The notes under the pieces were generated by a model. The model did not search any database, was not told the DNA's origin, and saw only the letters and a program-made list of their open reading frames with translations. Shown in pieces: positions 55,925 through 64,000 of a stretch of 64,000 nt of DNA (the first letter of the stretch is position 1; the number at the start of each line of letters is the position of its first letter). A program made the position numbers and the translations under genes. This stretch comes from Octopus sinensis (Eukaryota): assembly GCF_006345805.1 (NCBI RefSeq), contig NC_043008.1, positions 16,244,001-16,308,000 on the forward strand, given 5' to 3'.

Positions 55925-56451
55925 TTGGGTTGTCTGGAAAGTTCGTACCGATTAATAGCAGCTTACCTTTCGACTTATTTTAGAACATGGTTGAATGCAT
56001 AAAATAGGATTTGACTACGCCTCCATTTAGAGCACGGTTAAAGCTATCTTTTCGTGGAAGATTTATGTTCCTATAACCTGTGTTAATTCTATAACCCTTT
56101 AAAATGGAAGATAGGAACGTTCATTGCTGCAGCTCGGCTGGTATGTATTACTCCACCCTCCATATTCACCAGATATTGCTCCTTCGGATTTCAACTTATT
56201 CAGGTCTCTGCATAACATACTTAATGGTAAAAATTTCAAATTTTTGGATGACGTAAATTGATACCTTGATTAATTTTATACCATGAAACCACCTAAATTC
56301 TGGGAAGAGGGTATTTGAAAGTTAAAGGAATGATGGACACGCATTGTGCAACAAAATGGTTCATATTTGGTTGATTAAAAATATAATGGCAAGTATTTAT
56401 TGACCTTTTTCTTTCCTTTAAATATCGGTACGAACTTTCCGGGCAACCCAA
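55925..56451 (+). mobile_element. Internally deleted mariner (DD34D), 527 bp
   Basis: TA TSD and 28-bp TIRs ttgggttgtctggaaagttcgtaccgat / atcggtacgaactttccgggcaacccaa. Peptide VLLHPPYSPDIAPSDFNLFRSL (YSPDLAPSD motif). Confidence 0.93.
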
Positions 56452-56509
56452 TAATATAACCTTGAAAATTACCTTTCTCGTAATTATACATTATTTTGCT
56501 CGTTGTAAC

Positions 56510-56720
56510 AAATGGTTTCAAATTTTCTTACTAGACCAGGAAGTTGGGGGAGGAGCTAAGTCGATTGTATCGACCCCTGTGATCAACTGGTACTTATGTT
56601 TTCGACCCCCACAAAGGCAAAATCGAGTTCGGCAGTATTTGAAATCAAAGCGTAATGACGGACGAAATACCACAAGGCATTTCGCCCGGGGTGTTATCGA
56701 TTTTGCAAGTTTGCCGCCTT
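56510..56720 (-). mobile_element. SINE family A (diverged)
   Basis: aagtcgattgtatcgacccc..aactggtactta..gacggacgaaatac..tttgccgcctt. Confidence 0.8.
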
Positions 56721-59694
56721 ACACTAGTTGTAACATATTACCTTAGGGCAACAGAGTTATTTCCACATTACTGCCAATTCAGATTTCTCTGCATGTTGAT
56801 TTGTTACATTTGACGAAACGAGATCTTGAGTCAAAACCTGATAATTTCATTATCACAACTATAAACCTGATGTTGGTTTTTCCATTACTCATTATAATAA
56901 GGAAAATGAAAAGAAAAGTAGGAGATTGTAGATGATCTGGGAATGTTTATTAATCGAGTTTATAATTTAATTTACGTTTTTATCATAGCAAACACATGTT
57001 AGAATATTTTGCTTTCTAAGAAACGGACAGTTTCGGTTGGAATGTTCATATACGACTTCGGACAGCTCACATAATATTTATCTATATACATGGTGCCAGT
57101 ATATATTTGCGTTTCCTCTGTATCTTAAGAATTATTAACATTTTGTAGCATCTTCTGCTGCGTTTTGTCACGTTCTTGCCGAACTTTCCAAAATTATCCT
57201 ATGAAATTCAGCGTTTCAAGTTTAACTTCTTTCTGATATATTGCTATAGCTCTAGGCATTTATTTGCTGATTATATACCGTCTTTGTTAGGAAGATAGGA
57301 AACTAACACGAAGTAAAATATAAATATCTGTCACCAGGGTTGATATAAATTGAACATATCATTATTTCAAATTGATCTTCGACGAATATTAATTCTTTCT
57401 TTTTTCTTTGCTTTTCTTTTCTTTCATTTTCATTTTTTTTTTATGCATTGCGAAAGCAAAATTCCCTATAATTTAAAAGTTGACGAATGTGATATTTTGA
57501 CATTCATGTTTTTCCTAACGCAATTGGTTTGTAAGTGATATAAATAGGTACGGAGCAGATATCGAGATAACATGGCGGAATTTGCTTGTATAAGGCTTAC
57601 GTTTACTAAACTGTGTTAGATATCCACAGAAATATTTGTTTCCTCTGACTAATCACAAAGCATTTCTTTATGGGAGAAGAGGTAAGTAGTGTTTCTCTCA
57701 ACAAAGAGAACAAATTAAGCGAGTTCAACTAAATTATTGCTTCATCGTCATTGAATATACGTTTCACTCGGATCTAATAGATTAGAAATGTTCTGCAGCA
57801 TTAGAGTGTATGGAATGCGTACATAAAAATGGGATTCCATTATCTTGTTCAAACTTTTGGTTTCGTTCTTTTATGGCTACATCAATGAAATACCTGTAAA
57901 TTATACAGAAGTACCAAGAGAATATATGGCAATTGACACGTGACCCTATGCGCTCTTGGAAAATATTTTTACATGCTTCATTTATAGAATCACACATGTG
58001 ATACTAGATTAGGCTGGAATACGCCAGAGAACTCTTCCAATCGATACTCCAAAGAACTGTGGCTTTGAATGCTTGAAATGATTCATGGCGATATATATTG
58101 ATATCGCCATGATATATATTGATATCATGTCAAGTGGAATATTGCACAATGGACAAAGTTATCTTTACATTAATAAATATTTGTCATGATTGGAAGCACT
58201 ATTAAAAATCACTTCTTATTTAAATCATTCTAGTCGAAAATATCTACCTAATTCATTTTTATAGTTAATTTTGTCTTTCTAGATCGAAATTTCCAAATGG
58301 TAATTTTATAAGATCAGGAGTAAAGATGTTTTCATTTAAAAAATCCGAGTATGTAAATAATAGTCAACTGAACGATTTAGTACAATCCATTTCCATTTAC
58401 GTGTTCTTATTAACGATTTATCTACGATTTATCCAAAAATTCCAGCTTGTATTACCAAATAATATCACGTAGATTCCAAGACCTTAGTTAACGAAGAGTT
58501 TACATTTAACTTTACATTTCAGCTATCTGATACATCGAACACAAGTAAAAATCACGAATTTCTTTCTGATGACAAATAATTAAAGATTTTTGTGTGAAAG
58601 TGTATGTAGATAGATATTTCTTCGTTTCTCACAACGGTTTTGAAATATAGGCTTGCTGGAAAGCGTGAGAGCGTTTGAGATGATTTAATTTCCGGTAAAA
58701 TGTGACTATAATGCACAACTGAATTTCAAAAACACATTTATCGAAAAAGCAAGTTCTTGTGCTCAAATGAGGGGAATGTAAAAACATCTGCCTAGAAAGA
58801 ACCATCATTCTTTATTGAATATACATCGGAGATAATATTTCAAATTCCGAAACTGTTATTTTGAGACAAGCATGTGATTCACTCTACGGCGAGCAATATA
58901 TGATCTTATTTGACCCCATTCAACTGTACGTGTGTTCTCGATTTACTTTAACAATATGAACAGTTCTATTCATATAATTGCATTGATATTCTCTTTGGAG
59001 AGGGAGAGATCTTAATATATTTCTTATCAAATGACAGTTGTGATTGTTATATGAGACTAAACTTTAGAAACCCCTGTCAATATTTATTATCATATATTGA
59101 TACATTAAAGGTTGTGATTATAACAGCTTTAGCGTACTTCATCAGTTGATATTGCATTGATCCATACGTTGATAGCAATCACAAATGTGTCTCTATGCCA
59201 CTGAAGTTCAATTATATAAGCAAACTCTAGCAAGAAAGTCGAACGACTCTAATTGTTCATAGAAATATGCAGTGTTTCTTTCTCCTGTATATGCCCCTCT
59301 CAGTGAACCAGTGTTTATGGAGTTTGGAAGCATGTAAGCTACTAAAATGTTAGTTTATTTATATATTTTTGGTAAATATCATTTGAAATTTCGATGCATA
59401 TTTGGAGCTTCATTATACAACTAAATAAATATGATTATTCTATTTTTCTAAGATTGATTAATTATTCGCACATTGAATCAGTCAGCCAGGTTAGTCAGAG
59501 CTCTTTCGTCCACTTTCACGACTTCATCAATGCCATGGTTTCTCTATTCCGGGTGCTTCATTCAACACTGTGTACACATCGAGAATCTTGCAAACAAATA
59601 CGAAAAAGAAACATAACATTTTCCATACGCTATAAATTTTCCTAATATTAGAATTATACAATTAATCAACTGGATATTATTTTATTTTTCATAT

Positions 59695-60360
59695 ATCTAT
59701 CTTTTGCCTTATGTTTCTTTCAGTCATTAGACTGCAGCCATGCAGGATCACCACTGTGACGGATTTTAGTCGAAGGACTAAAGGCGGCAAGCTGACAGAA
59801 ACGTTAACACGCCGAGCAAAATACTTTGCGGTATTTCGTCCGCCGTTACGTTCTGAGTTCAAATTCTGCCGAGGACGACTTTGCCTTTCATCCTTTCGGG
59901 GTAGATAAATTAAGTAGCAGTTACGCACTGGAGTCGATATAATCGACTTAATCCGTTTGTCTGTCCTTGTTTGTCCCCTGTGTGTTTAGTCTCTTGTGGG
60001 TAGTAAAGAAATAGGTATTTCGTCTGCCGTTACGTTCTGAGTTCAAATTACGCCGAGGACGACTTTGCTTTTCATCCTTTCGGGGTCAATGAATTAAGTA
60101 CCAGTTACGCACTGGAGTGGATGTAATCGATTTAATCCCTTTGTCTGAACTTGTCTGTTCCCTCTATGTTAAGCCCCTTGTGTGCAATAAAGAAATATGA
60201 TTTAAGTCGAAGGACTAGTGTGCAGTCGTCCTTTTTAAAGCCACGAACTTATTCTATCTTTTGCCGAACTGCTATACTACGGGGACGTAGCCCCACGCAG
60301 TGGAACTGAAACCATGCGGCTGGGAAGCAAACTTTTTACTTCATAATCACGTCTGCGCCT
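59695..60360 (-). mobile_element. Old SINE family B copy split by a family A insertion
   Basis: 3' part tttcagtcattagactgcagccatgc (near 59718-59743) and 5' part ttttgccgaactgcta..ccacgcagtggaactgaaacc..ctgcgcct (60250-60360). Confidence 0.75.
59781..60198 (+). mobile_element. Dimeric SINE family A with 19-bp TSD
   Basis: Full unit plus a headless second unit. TSD gatttwagtcgaaggacta at 59762-59780 and 60199-60217 (1 mismatch). Confidence 0.92.
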
Positions 60361-61134
60361 ATCACATATTTATGTATTTGAACGCAAACGTATAACCAAG
60401 AAGATTTAAATGTAAGTATGCATATAACCAGCTGGTCATGTATACCAATATTATATAATATACGAAAATTACATCTGATATCATGTTTGAATGTCAGCGC
60501 ATGTGTGTGGCTCTAATAACTTTCAAACGATATTTGACATTTGATTAAATAGATACAATCTTTTCTGCCAAAGTCAGTCTTGCCTATTATTACATTAAGA
60601 AAATAATAAAAGGAAAACAGCTCACTGATAATTATATTTCCTTTTAATTAGTTTTAATAATTTTCTTCACATTTAAAACTACACCATTAGTTTCCTTTCA
60701 GCGTTTTCCTATAAATATGTTTACAGTTTATCAATTCATTTTTCAAATAGATAATTAGATTATTAATTATTGCGAGAATAAATTAATACTTTCTCTGAAC
60801 ATTTGATATCTAAATTCTATGAATATTTTCAATATTTAATTTAACCTCCATAATACCTCGATTGGTCTGGTGACATGAACGAAATCATTGTTTTCCGATT
60901 CAAAAATGACGGCTCGTTTTAACAGACTCAAGCTTTTTGTTTTCATCAACCACACACACAGACACAAACACACACACACACACACACGCAAACACACACA
61001 AGCACACACACACAAACAAATAAGAAAAAAACGTGTACAATTGAAAATATATTGTTGAATATATACCATATGTGAAAAGTTCAATCAGCGATATACAATT
61101 ATAACTGCATAGAACCGTACTATGCTACGGGTAG

Positions 61135-61213
61135 TCATCGTAGTAGTAGTAGTAGTAGTAGTGTAGTAGTAGTAGTAGTAGTAGTAGTGTAGTAGTAGTA
61201 GTAGTAGCAGCAA

Positions 61214-61260
<47 letters not shown>

Positions 61261-61470
61261 ATAGTAGTTGTAGTAGTAATAGTAGTAGAGGTGTTAGTGG
61301 TGATCGCTATGGTGGTAGTAGTAGTAGTAGTAGTAGTAATAATAATAGTAGTTGCAGTTGTAATAGTAGAAGTGATGGTAGTGGTGATCGTTGTGGTGAT
61401 GGTGTTGGTGGTAGTAGTGGTGATGGTGTTGGTGGTGGTAGTGGTGGTGATAATAGTAATAGTAGTAGTA
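61135..61470. repeat. (AGT)n/(GGT)n microsatellite
   Basis: Direct. Confidence 0.95.
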
Positions 61471-61699
61471 TTTGCTGTTGTTTTTACTGTAGTTGTATAT
61501 AGCAATGCGCTGCAAAATAACCATTTTTCGGAGATTCCCTACTTGTGGCACATGAAACCATTGTACCACTCAGGCGACAACCTTCCAGCTCATGGCTCTG
61601 TATGCGTAATCATTCCTGGTACGAGATCCGAATGTAAATCCTAACTCAACATCTTTTAGTTACAGTCTACGACACGGAGAGGAAACACTGTCTATTTCT

Positions 61700-61856
61700 C
61701 TTCTTTTTTTTTTTTGACATGGTGATCCCCACACAGCACTAGTGCAACGTGAATGATGTGTTCTCCTGAAGAACACAGCATGCCGTCCGGCTTGAGAATC
61801 GATCCTGTCGTCTCGTGATTTTGAGTACAATACTCTAACCACTAGGCCACAATCCT
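61700..61856 (-). mobile_element. Degenerate tRNA-derived SINE head, family D-like
   Basis: Minus strand gtggcctagtggttagag (A-box), ggatcgattctc (B-box) and attcacgttgcactagt (cf. the 28361-28686 copy). Confidence 0.6.
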
Positions 61857-62096
61857 TAACATGCGAAAATCAACATGATCAAATGTAATAGATAGTGAAA
61901 AACAAATGAACCACAGAAAGTAACCTTGTTACCTACGATATCGAGTAACCCGTCAGGCAGATCTTCTTTTTATAGAGTGATGTGTAGGTATTCTAGCGTA
62001 CTGGTTTACTGCCGTGGTCAGATTGGTAGTGGATGTAAGTGTTTGTTACAATAGCATCAAAAACATACATACTTTTAAAACCAAATGAGACAAATG

Positions 62097-62508
62097 GGCG
62101 CAGGAGTGGCTGTGTGGTAAGTAGCTTGTTTACCAACCACGTAGTTCCGGGTTCAGTCCCACTGCGTGGCACCTTGCGCAAGTGTCTTCTACTATAGCCT
62201 CGGGCCAACCAAAGCCTTGTGAGTGGATTTGGTAGATGGAAACTGAAAGAAGCCCGTAGTATATATGTATATATATATATATATGCGTGTGTGTTTGTGT
62301 GTCTGTGTTTGTCCCCCTAGCATGGCTTGACAACCGTTGCTGGTGTGTTTATGTCCCCGTTACTTAGCAGTTCGGCAAAAGAGACCGATAGAATAAGTAC
62401 TGGGCTTACAAAAGAATAAATCCCGGGGTCGAGTTGCTCGATCAAAGGAAGTGCTCCAGCATGGCCGCAGTCAAATGACTGATAGAAGTAAAAGAGTAAA
62501 AGAGTAAA
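62097..62508 (+). mobile_element. tRNA-derived SINE family B, full length
   Basis: Same head, internal microsatellite and (GTAAAAGA)n tail as 54009. Confidence 0.93.
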
Positions 62509-62914
62509 GTCTATTCCCGAAAGGGAAACCGATTCATTTGATTCATACCAGCTTTGAAGAATAAGACAGATTCCTTACTGTATCACCCTTTTTTCCTTGA
62601 AACGAATGCTTTCATTATCATACCTTAAATGCGATAGATGCCACTAGTTTACGCTCATTAAACATATCTTTTTTTTTAATGGGTGATATACAGAAAGTGC
62701 ATATCTGCGAAAATGAATTGACCAATAGCGAATCTCAGTAATGATACCGAATGAGCAACAGAGAAAACACACGAGATATTTAAAAAAGACATTCATTTTT
62801 CGATCACTCATTTTCAATGTAATCATTTAGTGATAATATAGAAAGTCCTTAATGCACGAATAAAATATGTATCGATTCAATGTTCGAGATAGTGAACATA
62901 CCTAACACAGCAAC

Positions 62915-62925
62915 AGACATATATA

Positions 62926-63011
<86 letters not shown>

Positions 63012-63118
63012 TAATACACACACATATACATAAATATATATATTCATGGATATATATATATATATATATATACATCTATTTATATATATATATATATTAT
63101 ATATATATATATATATAC

Positions 63119-63152
<34 letters not shown>

Positions 63153-63243
63153 TTAATACACACACATATATATGTATAACTATATAAATATATCTATATG
63201 TATACCTATATAACATATAAATGTACACACTCAGATATGTATG

Positions 63244-63286
<43 letters not shown>

Positions 63287-63819
63287 CAGGATTGAGACAA
63301 CATTTTATTTGATGCAATCAAAGTGGAAAATAGAATTTTATAGATCGGTGAGAGTTAGGCTTATGTGTTTATTTCTTTTTCGTTCGTGAAATAAAAGTCC
63401 AGACGATATGGAACCAAAATTTGTAACAAGCAAGTAACTCGGTAGCGTTCCAATCAGCTCACATTGAACAAACCAGACATCATTAACAATTTATATAAAC
63501 AACTGAATAAATTTATACATTCTCCTACACACATGCACATTCGGATATTTGTGCAAACGCACGAATGACACACGCACACGAAACCACATACGTGCATATG
63601 TCTACACAGCTCTGTGTGTGTATATATGTACGCATTATATATATATATGTATATATGTATACTTATATATATATGTATATATGTATATATAATTGTATAT
63701 TTGTATATATGTATACTTATATATATATATATATGTGTATATATATATATATTATATGTATATATATATATGTATATATATATATTACATATATATATCT
63801 ATATATACACATATATATA

Positions 63820-63882
<63 letters not shown>

Positions 63883-63885
63883 CAT
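62915..63885. repeat. (TA)n-rich microsatellite blocks (62915-63290, 63615-63885)
   Basis: Direct. Confidence 0.95.
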
Positions 63886-64000
63886 GAACTGAAAGCCTAA
63901 TAGGTAATATGTATTTAAAATGAAATTCAATATATGATATAAATTTCGATAAATGCTGAATTTATCGAATACGCCATTCTGTAATCTTCTCTGACACACG

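Overview
This is AT-rich eukaryotic non-coding DNA. The SINE set and extreme microsatellite density suggest a coleoid cephalopod such as Octopus (inference). I can support no intact protein-coding gene. Most ORFs in the track are read-throughs of (TA)n, (TG)n, (TCTA)n or trinucleotide repeats, and the rest are SINE sequence or transposon debris. The window holds four tRNA-derived SINE families (about 20 copies), three internally deleted Tc1/mariner elements, two complete non-autonomous Helitrons, pogo/Tigger-like and hAT-like MITEs, decayed Dong/R4, RTE and Tx1/L1 LINE fragments, a probable solo LTR and a U6 snRNA pseudogene. Two signals go beyond routine annotation. The first is a near-canonical minimal type I hammerhead ribozyme at 29236-29285, plus several decayed hammerhead-like motifs, most lying just upstream of a short tail and a microsatellite. 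The second is a recurring fold-back architecture, including a 2.25-kb inverted repeat whose arms end in hammerhead-like motifs. Together these point to microsatellite-targeting Penelope-like (PLE) or retrozyme-like termini, although a long-read assembly artefact must be excluded for the largest palindrome.
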